A DNA stretch of 64,000 nucleotides from an uncultured Clostridia bacterium (GCA_944387435.1 CALXEW010000004.1:23401-87400), one strand, 5' to 3'; positions 53,695 to 63,886 are shown, numbered from the stretch's first letter. The notes: a model not told the origin generated them from the sequence alone. Numbers and translations: made by a program.

Positions 53695-54288
53695 ATGAAA
53701 AGATTAATTACAATATTTAGTGTGTTATTAGTTATATTAAGTGGATTATTAATAAATATTAGCTGTGCTTATGATGAAACTTATACTTTAGAATTTGAAG
53801 CTAACGACGTAAATGAGGATTTTGATTTGTATTTATTACTTCCAAAAGATTATATTATATTTGCAATACAAGAAGATGGATTAAACATAGAGTATACAGG
53901 AGTAGAAACTTTAAAAAATAATGATATACCGAGTATACGCGTAAACAAAGAAAATATAAATGATGAGTTATATGAAGAAGATGGAAAAGAATATGTTCAA
54001 ATTCTTTTAGAAAAAAATGAAGACGGTAAATACGAATTTGATATTCTTTCAAATTATCCAGATATGGATATGAAATATAGAATAAAAAATATGAATAAGG
54101 ATTATATTGTTCATATTGATAATTTTAAGATTAATAATGGTGTTTGTAAAATAGAGTATAACTATGAAGAAGATACAGTAAAACAACCAGATACAGAATT
54201 TGTATCATTTATAACAAAGTTATTGATAATTATACTTATTGTAATAATAGTAGTAGGGCTTATAGCATATATTAAACAAAGGAGATAA
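53695..54288 (+). CDS. Hypothetical secreted/membrane protein
   Basis: Signal peptide and C-terminal TM. Confidence 0.7.
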   Translation: MKRLITIFSVLLVILSGLLINISCAYDETYTLEFEANDVNEDFDLYLLLPKDYIIFAIQEDGLNIEYTGVETLKNNDIPSIRVNKENINDELYEEDGKEYVQILLEKNEDGKYEFDILSNYPDMDMKYRIKNMNKDYIVHIDNFKINNGVCKIEYNYEEDTVKQPDTEFVSFITKLLIIILIVIIVVGLIAYIKQRR

Positions 54289-54294
54289 GAAAAA

Positions 54295-55285
54295 ATGAAA
54301 AATATAGCAATAATACGGAAGTGGAAGTTGGGGAGTAGCTCTTGCTACTTACTTAGCAAGTATTGGACATAATGTAAAAATATGGTCTTTTAATGAGAGC
54401 GAAAAAGATTTAATAAATAATGAAAGAAAATGTAAATTTTTGCCAGGAGTAGAAATCCCTGACAATGTAAAATGTTATACGGATGCAAAAAAAGTAGTAG
54501 ATGGAGCAGATTTTATTTTACATGTTACCCCATCAAAATTTACAAGAGAAACATTTGTAAAATATAAAGAATATGTAGGAAATAAACCGGTTATAATATG
54601 TTCTAAAGGATTTGAAAAAGATAGTCTAAAAACTTTAGATGAAGTAATATTAGACGAATTACCAACAGCAAGAATAGGAGTATTAACAGGTCCAAGTCAT
54701 GCAGAAGAAGTCGCAATAGCAATACCAACAGTATTAGTAATAGCATCACATGAGGAGGAAATATTAAGACTTATTCAAGATACTTTTATGTCAGAAAAAA
54801 TGAGAGTATATACATCTGACGATGTAAAAGGAGTGGAACTAGGAGGAGCGTTAAAAAATATAATGGCATTCTGTGCCGGAGTAGCAGCAGGAATTGGGCT
54901 TGGGGATAATAGTTTTGCAGCATTAGTAACAAGAGGCTTAGGAGAAATTTCAAGACTTGGAATTAAACTTGGAGGAAAAAAAGAAACATTCTATGGTCTT
55001 AGTGGTTTAGGTGATTTAATAGTTACATGTCTTAGTGAACATAGTAGAAATAGAAAAGCTGGGAAATTAATAGGACAAGGAAAAACATTAGAAGAAGCAA
55101 AACAGGAAGTAGGAATGGTAATAGAGAGTATAGATAATATAGATGTAGCATATGAACTAGGAAAAATAAACAACATTTATATGCCTATAACAGAGACTGT
55201 ATATGATGTTATATATAATGGGTTAAAACCTGAAGAAGCTGTTAAACAATTAATGACAAAAGAAAAGAAATGTGAATGGGATTAA
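54295..55285 (+). CDS. gpsA: NAD(P)H-dependent glycerol-3-phosphate dehydrogenase; +1 shift at CGG 54316 (329 aa when joined)
   Basis: AGGAG RBS before ATG 54295; the join gives MKNIAII-G-SGSWGVALA; GGALKN, GLGDLIVTC and SRNR motifs. Confidence 0.93.
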
Positions 55286-55337
55286 ATAATGAAATTTTTG
55301 GGCATACTATTATTAAAAAAGGAAAGGAAGAAAAATA

Positions 55338-55922
55338 ATGGAATTTTTTGATAAGTTGGGTAAAAAAGCCTCAGAAGCCTATAAAATAACAGCAGATAAA
55401 ACAGGAAAGATTGCAAAAGAAACTAAGTTAAAATTAAAAATGAGCCAATTAAGAACGCAGGTAAGTGACTTGTATGAAGAAATTGGTAAGAAAGTCTATG
55501 AAGAACATATAAGAGAAGAAGAGGATGCTAAAGAAAATATAAAAGATGAACTAGAAGGGCTATGTACCAAAATAGATGTTTTAAGTGATGAAATAGAAAG
55601 TTTATTACAACAATGTTTAGAATTAAGAGATAAAAAGCAGTGTAAAGTATGTTATATAGAAATGGATAAAGAATATAAATATTGTCCAAACTGTGGAGCA
55701 AAACAAGATGATGAAAAAGAAGAAAAGAATAATGAAGAAACAAGTTATCAAAATGTAAGTTTATTTGAAGGAAATGAAGAGGATAAAAAAGAAGAAGAAA
55801 AATCAGAAATAGAAGATAGTAATTTAGAAAATCTAGAAAAAACAGTAAAAGTTGAATCAAATATAGAAGAAAGTAATACTGATGAAGAAGATAGCAATGA
55901 CGATAATATAGAAACATATTAA
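55338..55922 (+). CDS. Zinc-ribbon domain protein with acidic tail
   Basis: CKVC...CPNCG; MEFFDKLGKK N-terminus. Confidence 0.75.
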   Translation: MEFFDKLGKKASEAYKITADKTGKIAKETKLKLKMSQLRTQVSDLYEEIGKKVYEEHIREEEDAKENIKDELEGLCTKIDVLSDEIESLLQQCLELRDKKQCKVCYIEMDKEYKYCPNCGAKQDDEKEEKNNEETSYQNVSLFEGNEEDKKEEEKSEIEDSNLENLEKTVKVESNIEESNTDEEDSNDDNIETY

Positions 55923-55949
55923 AGATAATAAGAAGCAAGAGGTAAAAAT

Positions 55950-56390
55950 ATGAAAATTGTAGTTCAAAGAGTAAAAAATGCAAAAGTAGATGTGGAAGGA
56001 GAAACAGTAGGAAAAATAGATAAAGGGTTTTTGGTATTACTTGGAGTAACTCATAATGATACCAAAGAACAAGCAGATTATTTAGTAAAAAAACTTTGTA
56101 AATTAAGAGTATTTACAGATGAAAATGATAAAATGAATTTAGACATAAAAGCAGTAGGAGGAAAACTTTTAATAGTTTCACAATTTACACTTTATGCGAA
56201 TTGTAGTGATGGAAATAGACCATCATTTATAGAAGCAGCAAGACCTCAGCAAGCAGAAGAATTATATGAATATTTCTGCAAAGAATGCCAAGAAAAATAT
56301 GGAATAGAAGTAGAAAAAGGAATTTTTGGTGCTCATATGGAAGTAAGTTTACTAAATGATGGACCAGTAACTATTATAATTGAAAAATAA
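55950..56390 (+). CDS. dtd: D-aminoacyl-tRNA deacylase
   Basis: MKIVVQRV, VSQFTL and NDGPVT motifs. Confidence 0.96.
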   Translation: MKIVVQRVKNAKVDVEGETVGKIDKGFLVLLGVTHNDTKEQADYLVKKLCKLRVFTDENDKMNLDIKAVGGKLLIVSQFTLYANCSDGNRPSFIEAARPQQAEELYEYFCKECQEKYGIEVEKGIFGAHMEVSLLNDGPVTIIIEK

Positions 56391-56392
56391 TA

Positions 56393-56674
56393 TTAATAAG
56401 GATATCTTTCATACAAGTACTTAATAACATCATTTGCATTGTCTTCAGAAATGGAAATGAATACATTTTTATCTAGAGAAATCCACATAGTAATATTATA
56501 ATTATCAAAATTATCAATAAAAATACCAATTATTTCAGCTAACTCTAATGGGTTAGCATATTTTTTTTCCCATTTTAAAGATTCATAAATTTCTAAATTG
56601 GTATTATAAAAACGGCTTAAAAAATTATTTAATTCACCTTTTTGATTGCTATATAAATTAACTATTGCTTGCAT
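56393..56674 (-). CDS. Hypothetical protein
   Basis: 93-aa ORF with AGGAG RBS on the minus strand. Confidence 0.65.
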   Translation of the reverse strand: MQAIVNLYSNQKGELNNFLSRFYNTNLEIYESLKWEKKYANPLELAEIIGIFIDNFDNYNITMWISLDKNVFISISEDNANDVIKYLYERYPY

Positions 56675-56790
56675 TTTTTTCTCCTAAATTTATTCTTAAT
56701 ATTAGTATTAAAATTAGACAAAATTTTATACTAGGAATAAAGTAATTTAAAAATGTAAATACTAGAAAAAAGAAAAGTGAGGGAAGAAAA

Positions 56791-57717
56791 TTGAAAAAAT
56801 ACAAAAAGAATTTATTTCTTTTTTTGATTATTGTAATTGTTATTTTAAGTGTTCTATTATATACCAATATTAGCAAGGGAAATAGTAGTAATCAAACAGA
56901 AAAAACATTGGCTGAAGTGGAGTTTTTAGAAAAGAAAATAGTTACTTTGCTAAATGAATTAAATAATATAGAAAGTAGGAATTATAATTTATCTGTAAGT
57001 GAAATAACTAAAGAGGATAGTTCACAAAATAGTCAAGGTTCAGGAGAAGAAAGTAGTCAGAGTGATAATCAAGGAAGTCAAGAAGAAAATAGCGAAAGCA
57101 ATCAAGAACAAGAGTCTAGTAGCGATAGTAATACATCAAGCGGCGAAGAAGAAAAAAATGAAGAATATACATTAAAAGAAACAGGAGTTTTAACAGATAA
57201 TAGCGATATAGATTGGGAACATTTAAAGACAGAGGTTGAAAATTTATATTCACCAGTTCCAACAATAACTTTGGATTTATATGGTTTAGATATATCAAGA
57301 GAAGATATATTAGGTTTTAATCAAGAACTAGATAATTTAACTACAGCAGTAAAAGAAGAAAATAAAGAAAATTCTTTAGGAAGTTTATCAAGACTTTATG
57401 AATATATTCCGAAATTTGCAGAGAAAGTTACAGAAAATAAAACATATAGAGCAGTAATTCAAACGAAAAATAATTTATTTAAAGCATATAGCAAATTAGA
57501 TTCCGGAAATTGGGAAGAAATCTCAAATGATATAAAAATTACAATTGACACATATTCGAGTCAACTTGTAAACTCAAATGCGAATTCTGATAAACAATAT
57601 GTAACGAATAAAATTTATATAATGTTAAATGAATTGCAAAATGCGGTAAGTATGCAAGATAAATCTATATTTCTAATAAAATATAAAAATATATTAGAAG
57701 AAATGAATAATTTATAA
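56791..57717 (+). CDS. Hypothetical membrane-anchored protein with Ser/Glu/Gln-rich linker
   Basis: N-terminal TM, low-complexity linker, helical C-terminal domain. Confidence 0.75.
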   Translation: MKKYKKNLFLFLIIVIVILSVLLYTNISKGNSSNQTEKTLAEVEFLEKKIVTLLNELNNIESRNYNLSVSEITKEDSSQNSQGSGEESSQSDNQGSQEENSESNQEQESSSDSNTSSGEEEKNEEYTLKETGVLTDNSDIDWEHLKTEVENLYSPVPTITLDLYGLDISREDILGFNQELDNLTTAVKEENKENSLGSLSRLYEYIPKFAEKVTENKTYRAVIQTKNNLFKAYSKLDSGNWEEISNDIKITIDTYSSQLVNSNANSDKQYVTNKIYIMLNELQNAVSMQDKSIFLIKYKNILEEMNNL

Positions 57718-57724
57718 GAAAAAT

Positions 57725-57759
57725 AGCTGAAGATAAGAAGTGTTTCCTTATCTTCAGCT
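57725..57759. terminator. Bidirectional terminator
   Basis: AGCTGAAGATAAG / CTTATCTTCAGCT inverted repeat. Confidence 0.75.
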
Positions 57760-57782
57760 GTGAACAATGCACCTACAAAGGT

Positions 57783-57935
57783 TTATGCAACAATCAGTAT
57801 AGATACTAACGCCGCACAGATAATTGCGATGGCGATGCAAAACCAACTGATTGCGTTAGAACCTTGTTTGCGAGTAATATACGCCAATATGACGTACACC
57901 AACGCGATAAGACCTAATGCAACTGTTCCGAACAT
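57783..57935 (-). CDS. Small 50-aa two-TM membrane protein (not in the ORF track)
   Basis: MFGTVALGLIALVYVILAYITRKQGSNAISWFCIAIAIICAALVSILIVA*; AAGGAGGAG RBS; TTGACA-17-TATAAG promoter at 58007-57979. Confidence 0.7.
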   Translation of the reverse strand: MFGTVALGLIALVYVILAYITRKQGSNAISWFCIAIAIICAALVSILIVA

Positions 57936-58090
57936 CTACTCCTCCTTATACTCATATAGAGGTTGATACCTCTAAGGTCTTATATTTAAAGGTATTTTAA
58001 ATGTCAATAGAAACATTATACAATATTTTTAAGAAAAAAGCAAGGTGAGATACTTTACTTTTTCTTTTATAAATGTTAAAATTAATTTTG

Positions 58091-58438
58091 TAAGTAAATT
58101 GAATAGTCGCTGGTAAATCTCGAAAGGGACTACGAGAGGAAAGTCCGGGCTCCACAGAGCAAAGATGCTAGATAACGTCTAGTGAGGGTGACCTTAAGGA
58201 AAGTGCAACAGAAAATAACCGCCTTAAAGTTAAGGTAAGGGTGAAAAGGTGAGGTAAGAGCTCACCGCCATTATGGTGACATAATGGGACAGTGTAAACC
58301 CCATCTGGAGCAACACCTAAATGAGAAGATTAAGCCTGCTCGGCGCCTTCTTACATGCGTGGCTTGAGATAAGTAGTGATACTTATCCTAGATAAATGAC
58401 TATTTTAAAAGACAGAACCCGGCTTACAGATTTACTTA
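58091..58438 (+). ncRNA. rnpB: RNase P RNA
   Basis: GAGGAAAGTCCGGGCTC, GAAAGTGCAACAGAAA, GTAAACCCC and ACAGAACCCGGCTTA conserved regions; ends pair as P1. Confidence 0.96.
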
Positions 58439-58570
58439 TTCCTTTTTAATAATTTTTTTCAAAGAGTAGCTACTCTTTATTTACATAAAACTGGAAAAAT
58501 ACATAAAAATGTGGTATTATATTATTAGGTACCTCAGATAAGTCTCGAATGACAAATGTAAGGAGATGTC

Positions 58571-59074
58571 ATGAAAGTGTTTTTCTTTTCGGGCTGGTTT
58601 GTGAACATGTTCAACACGAAGAAAAGGTTTCAAGGATATTTTCTTCTGGAGGACGACCAAGAGGTAGTAGGATACTTGGAAGAGGAAGGAAACAAATCTC
58701 ATGTCGATGCTATCAGAGGGGTGTTTGATGAAGAGAACAGAAAGTTACTTCTAGTAAAGACAACAAAGACTGCTGGATTTGTTCAAGAGATTTATATGTT
58801 CATCTTTCAAGACGACTTTCAAAGAGGTAAGTTAAGCACATACAACCATGGATACAAAACTTTTTCAGCATATGGAGGAGTTACCAGTAATGGAGTTGGG
58901 CTTGACATACTAACTAGTGTTCCAATGTCTGAAGAAAATATCCTAAAGACAAAGGAAATGTATGAGAGTCTTTACGAAACCTCAACACAGCGTAGCAAAG
59001 AGCTCGCAGGAGATGTCAAAAAGTACGTGTGGCTTTTTGATTATCTCAAACACTTTGAGAGGAGTGCCAAGTGA
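58571..59074 (+). CDS. Orphan hypothetical protein with atypical codon usage
   Basis: AAGGAG RBS; 167 aa; GC-richer than flanking genes. Confidence 0.65.
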   Translation: MKVFFFSGWFVNMFNTKKRFQGYFLLEDDQEVVGYLEEEGNKSHVDAIRGVFDEENRKLLLVKTTKTAGFVQEIYMFIFQDDFQRGKLSTYNHGYKTFSAYGGVTSNGVGLDILTSVPMSEENILKTKEMYESLYETSTQRSKELAGDVKKYVWLFDYLKHFERSAK

Positions 59075-59158
59075 GGCACTCCCCTTTTCTTTTCTTTTTT
59101 TTCTTGATAAATAAAAATAGTTAGTATATAATCAAAACGAATAAGGAGAGTGGATATA

Positions 59159-60040
59159 ATGGAAAAAATAGATTTCATAGCAACAGATGGTATAGAATTA
59201 AATGGAGTTTTATATAAAAAAGAAAAAGAAACAAAAAGAGTAATATTATCAGTACATGGAATGACGAGCAATTGTTTTAAGAAAAGAGAAGATATTATAG
59301 CTAAAATGGCAAATGAAAATAATATTGATTATTTTTGCTTTAATAACAGAGGGAGTGAAATTGTAAAATATATTAGTAAAAATATTAATGGAAAAAAAGA
59401 AAAATTACTCGCAGGAACAGCATATGAAGATGTACTTGAAGGATATGAAGATATAGTTGGTGCAATATTAAAGTTAAAAGAGTTAGGATATAGTGAAATA
59501 TATTTACAAGGACATAGCTTGGGATGTACAAAGATAGTATATACATATAATGAATTATTACAAGAAAATGAAGATGATATATTAGATTCTATAAAAGGAA
59601 TAATATTATTATCCTTAGTAGACATACCAACAGCGCTTAGGATTTATTTAGGAGAAAAATTTGAAGAATATTGTAGGATGGCAGAAGAAAAGGAAAAAAG
59701 TAATATAAATGAACTTATGCCAAAAGAATCTTTTATTCACCCAATTAGCGTAAAAACTTTTTTACGTTATGCAAGAGACAACAAAGATATAGATTTTGCA
59801 AAATACGGAAAAGATAATAGATTAGAAAAACTAAATAATATAAAAGTACCATTATTTATGAGATGGGGAAATGATAACGAAATGATTTTACAAAAAGCAG
59901 AAGAGTTAGTTACTATTGTAAGTAATATAATAGAAAATCCTAATAAAGATATTGATTATATTGATGGAGCAAATCATAGTTATAATGAAAAAGAGGAAAT
60001 ATTATCAAAAGAAATAATAGATTTCGTAAAAAGAAATTAA
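59159..60040 (+). CDS. Alpha/beta hydrolase (DUF1749-like)
   Basis: VHGM, GHSLG nucleophile elbow and GANHSY motifs. Confidence 0.85.
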   Translation: MEKIDFIATDGIELNGVLYKKEKETKRVILSVHGMTSNCFKKREDIIAKMANENNIDYFCFNNRGSEIVKYISKNINGKKEKLLAGTAYEDVLEGYEDIVGAILKLKELGYSEIYLQGHSLGCTKIVYTYNELLQENEDDILDSIKGIILLSLVDIPTALRIYLGEKFEEYCRMAEEKEKSNINELMPKESFIHPISVKTFLRYARDNKDIDFAKYGKDNRLEKLNNIKVPLFMRWGNDNEMILQKAEELVTIVSNIIENPNKDIDYIDGANHSYNEKEEILSKEIIDFVKRN

Positions 60041-60091
60041 ATTCATTTATAATATTAAAAAATATATCGTTATTAGAAAGTAGGAATATCA

Positions 60092-61192
60092 ATGGCAAAT
60101 ATATTTGATTATATGAAATGGAGAGATATAAGTCTAAAAAATGTGAAGTTTAATGAAATAGATAATTTAATATTATCAAGACTTTCGTATTTCCCTTTTG
60201 ATGGAGTAATAACTAAGGACGAAGAGATAACATTAAAAGAAGCATATGAAAGAACAAAAATATTAGGAACAACTGGAAGGACACTTCAGGCAGAAGATAT
60301 AGATTTATATCCTGTGCTTGCAAAAAGTATTAGGTTTGGAAAATGTAAGGTAACTAATTTTATTAATAAGATAGAGCCTGAAGCAGAAAAACAATTTTCG
60401 GCAGTAACAGTAATACTTCCAGACGATACAATCTATGTATCTTTTAGAGGAACTGATAACACAATAATAGGCTGGAAAGAAGATTTCAATATGAGTTTTA
60501 GTGATATAGTTCCTTCTCAGTTAGATAGTGTAGAATATTTAGATGGTGTTGCTAAAAAATATAAAAATAAGTTACGTGTTGGTGGACATTCAAAGGGAGG
60601 AAATTTAGCAGTATATGCAGGAGCTTTTTGTATGTCGGAAACTAAAAAACAAATTATAGAAATTTATAATAATGATGGACCAGGATTCTTAGATAAAGTG
60701 ATAGAAAGTGAAGAGTATAAAGAAATCTTGAATAAAGTACATACTTATATACCACAGACTTCAATAATAGGAAGATTATTAGAACATAAAGAAAAAACAA
60801 CTATTGTTAAAAGTACGCAAACTGGAATTATGCAACATGATTTATATACATGGCAGTTAATAGGAGATAAGTTCATAAGATCTAAAATAACAAATTCAAG
60901 TGATTTTATAGATAATACAATTACTAATTGGCTAAAAGAAGTATCACCAAAACAAAGGGAAGAGTTTATTGATACTTGGTTTAACATTTTAAATGCAACA
61001 AATGTAGAAACAGTAAATGAACTTAGTAGTAGATGGTTTAGGAATGTTGCTACAATGATTAAAACATATACCAATCTAAATCCAGAAACAAGAAAAATGA
61101 TGTCGAAAACATTAAGATTATTATTTAAAACGGGAAAAGATAATATTATAGGTATACCAAAAAAAGGAGAAAACTCAAAAACGGGTAATTAG
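60092..61192 (+). CDS. DUF2974 (lipase-like) family protein
   Basis: FRGTDNTIIGWKEDF, GHSKGGNLA and NNDGPGF motifs. Confidence 0.88.
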   Translation: MANIFDYMKWRDISLKNVKFNEIDNLILSRLSYFPFDGVITKDEEITLKEAYERTKILGTTGRTLQAEDIDLYPVLAKSIRFGKCKVTNFINKIEPEAEKQFSAVTVILPDDTIYVSFRGTDNTIIGWKEDFNMSFSDIVPSQLDSVEYLDGVAKKYKNKLRVGGHSKGGNLAVYAGAFCMSETKKQIIEIYNNDGPGFLDKVIESEEYKEILNKVHTYIPQTSIIGRLLEHKEKTTIVKSTQTGIMQHDLYTWQLIGDKFIRSKITNSSDFIDNTITNWLKEVSPKQREEFIDTWFNILNATNVETVNELSSRWFRNVATMIKTYTNLNPETRKMMSKTLRLLFKTGKDNIIGIPKKGENSKTGN

Positions 61193-61219
61193 ATTTAATT
61201 ACCTGTTTTAAAATTATGC

Positions 61220-61270
61220 TTGACAAATTCTGTTTACAGATGTAAACTATATGCAAAGTTTACAAATGTA
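61220..61270 (+). promoter_or_regulatory. Promoter overlapped by two BlaI/MecI/CopY-type operator palindromes
   Basis: TTGACA(61220)-17-TAAACT; GTTTACAGATGTAAAC (61232-61247) and TACAAATGTA (61261-61270) match TACA-NN-TGTA. Confidence 0.85.
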
Positions 61271-61291
61271 ACTTTACTTAAGGAGGCTAAA

Positions 61292-61669
61292 ATGTTAACA
61301 AAAAAATATGAGATAACAGATGCGGAATTAGAGATAATTAAAGTACTTTGGGAAAATGGTGAACTTACTTTAAATGAAATAGTAGAAATATTAAGCAAAA
61401 AGGGAAAGAAAAATAAAAGTACAATAAAAACTCTACTTTATAGATTAATAGAAAAAGAAAGTGTAAAGTCAATTACAAATAGGAAAAAAGAAAATACATA
61501 TAAAGCGATTGTAAGAAAAGAAGAATATTTAAAAAAGGAAAATGAATCTTTTTTAGAAAAACTTTATAACGGAAGTACAAATAAATTATTATTAAATTTT
61601 GTAGAAGAAAAAAAGATTTCTAAAAAAGACTTACAGGACTTACTTGATCTGATAGAAAGTGAGGACTAG
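61292..61669 (+). CDS. BlaI/MecI/CopY family repressor
   Basis: ITDAELEIIKVLW and STIKTLLYRL motifs; AAGGAGG RBS before ATG 61292. Confidence 0.92.
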   Translation: MLTKKYEITDAELEIIKVLWENGELTLNEIVEILSKKGKKNKSTIKTLLYRLIEKESVKSITNRKKENTYKAIVRKEEYLKKENESFLEKLYNGSTNKLLLNFVEEKKISKKDLQDLLDLIESED

Positions 61670-61672
61670 CTT

Positions 61673-63869
61673 ATGTATCAAGTATTTTATAATATTTTAT
61701 ATTTATCAATAATAGGGAGTATTTTAGGGATTATTGTACTAATACTAAGAAAGACTTTTGATAAAAAAATATCTCCAACATGGAAATTTGCTATGTGGAT
61801 ACTTGTTTTAATTAGTTTGTTTGTACCATTTAGATTTACACTTGAGTCTCAAAATTCACATGAATTTATTGTAAGTTCTGGTATAGATAAAATAGAACTT
61901 ACAAAAGAAAATCTAATTGCAAATGAAAGTGGAAAACTTTTTATTTATATTTGGTTTCTTGTTATGGTTACTATTTTCTTATGTTACATTATAACAAGTG
62001 CTGTAATGAAAAAAAAGATAGGAAAAGAAGAAGTAAAAGATAAGAAAATATTAGGTATATTAGAGAATTGTAAAAGGCAAATGGAGATAAAAAAAGATAT
62101 AAAACTAATAAAACAAAACTATAAAAAAGTACCTTGTATATATGGTTTGTTTAATACAAAGATATTAGTAACAGAAGAGATTTTAGAAAAAGATGAACAG
62201 AGTTTAAATTATATATTCATGCACGAATTAGCACATTTTAAAAGACAGGATTTGTTATTAAATAAATTATTAATTCTAATTACAACAATCCATTGGTTTA
62301 ATCCAATTTTATGGTTTTGTTTTAAACAAGTAAGACAAGATATGGAATTAAAAGCAGATGAAATGGTTTTAGATAAAATTAAAAAAGATGAAGAAAAAAA
62401 TTATGCTAAGACATTAGTTGGATTACTTCCAATATCACAAGAGGAAAAACAGCCAGTTAAGTTACTTTGTGTAACAGATGGGAAAAAGAATATGGAGAGA
62501 AGAATAAAAATGATAAAATTATCTGATAAATTTAAAGAATATAAAGCTTTAATTGGAGTAACAACGCTTTTAATTGTATTATGTGTTGGAACATTTATAT
62601 TTACAAGAATAAAGCCACAAGAAGAAGTCAATATAAATTCTGTTCAATACTTTGAAACACCAAATAGAATTGTATATAAAGAAAAAGGCTTAGATAACTA
62701 TTATGTATTTACTCGGAGAAAGTAAAGACTATACAGATATTTTAAATGAACTAATTAAAGGAATTGATAGTAAAGGAGAAGGTCCAGTAGTTTCTGAAGA
62801 AGAAATAAAAGAAATAGAACAAAATGAAAATTATATAGAACTCGACTATGATACTGTAAGTAAAAATTATGTTATTGCTTATGAACAAGAAGCTGATAAT
62901 GTTATTTTAAGAAGTGATATTGGTGGCAAAGTAGTAAAGCAAAACTTAGACAATAAAAAAGATTTAAGCAAATTAATGAAAGAAAAAATAAAAAGTGATA
63001 ATGTTAATTGTTATCATATGGAAGATAGTAGAGGATATAAAGTAACAAATGAGATATCAAATGAAACTTTTGAAAGTAATAACTCTGATTTTAGACAATA
63101 TGAGGATGGCGTATATGGAGTAAAGATACAATCTGAAGAAAAATTAAATGATATATTAGAAAGATATAATATAGAACTAGAAGAAGAAATTCCAAGTGAT
63201 ATTTTTGATAGGGCAGATATTATATTAATGATATCTAAATATAATATTGAAAATATAGAAACAAGAGTAGGCGGACTTACATATACTTTTACTGGTAGCC
63301 AAAGAGAAGATAGTTATTTAGTAAATATATTTGCAGCAAGTAAGGCAATTAATACAAATTGTGTTTATAGAAATATGGAAGATATAAGTGAAAATGTTTC
63401 TTATGGTAATGTAAATAATAATACCTCTAGTAATATAGGAAACACAGCTAGTTCAAATAGTAATAATAATAATGTTACTAATAGTTCTAGTTCGATAAGT
63501 ACTTCTAATGTTGATAAAACAGTTAGAATTACAAAAGAAGAAGCGGCAATTATTGCTGAAGAAGAGGCAAAAAAAGAAAAGTATCAATATCAAGGATGGG
63601 TATCTGATTTTTCAGCAACAGAAGTTTTTAGTGACGGAAACGGAAACTATGAAATATCAGCAGAGCTTATTTATTCTTTAGATGATATACATAGACTTTA
63701 TTACTGGGAAGAGGAATGGGCAATAGATTCAAATATAAATAATATATTTAAAGGACAGCCTGTGTGGTGTATAAGGTTAGGGGATAAAAATGACCCTTTA
63801 ACTAATTTATATATTTATGTGGATGCAACTAATGGAAATGTAGTAGGTGCAGGACAAGCAAGTGATTAA
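61673..63869 (+). CDS. BlaR1-like M56 peptidase sensor with large ectodomain; +1 shift at CGG 62714 (731 aa when joined)
   Basis: HELAH, HWFNP, ELKADE and ERRIKMI motifs. The second piece has no clear RBS and ends in a PepSY-like motif (YVDATNGNVV). Confidence 0.8.
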
Positions 63870-63886
63870 TAAAAGGGAAAAAAGTT

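Noticed and set aside
57760..57966. Plus-strand 68-aa ORF from the track
   Set aside because: No RBS; it is the antisense shadow of the minus-strand 50-aa gene that has an RBS and promoter.
12182..62716. Simple reassignment of CGG to another amino acid (Gln or Trp)
   Set aside because: Triplet reassignment keeps the frame. Here the zero frame stops within 1-24 codons and homology continues in +1.
12182..62716. Homopolymer sequencing error or transcriptional slippage
   Set aside because: Nine of ten extra C's are isolated, not in a C-run, and no breaks occur in long A/T runs. A motif-specific artefact cannot be fully excluded without reads.
11909..63869. Calling the nine split genes ordinary pseudogenes
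   Set aside because: All breaks share one signature, hit core genes, and come with no nonsense mutations or other indels.
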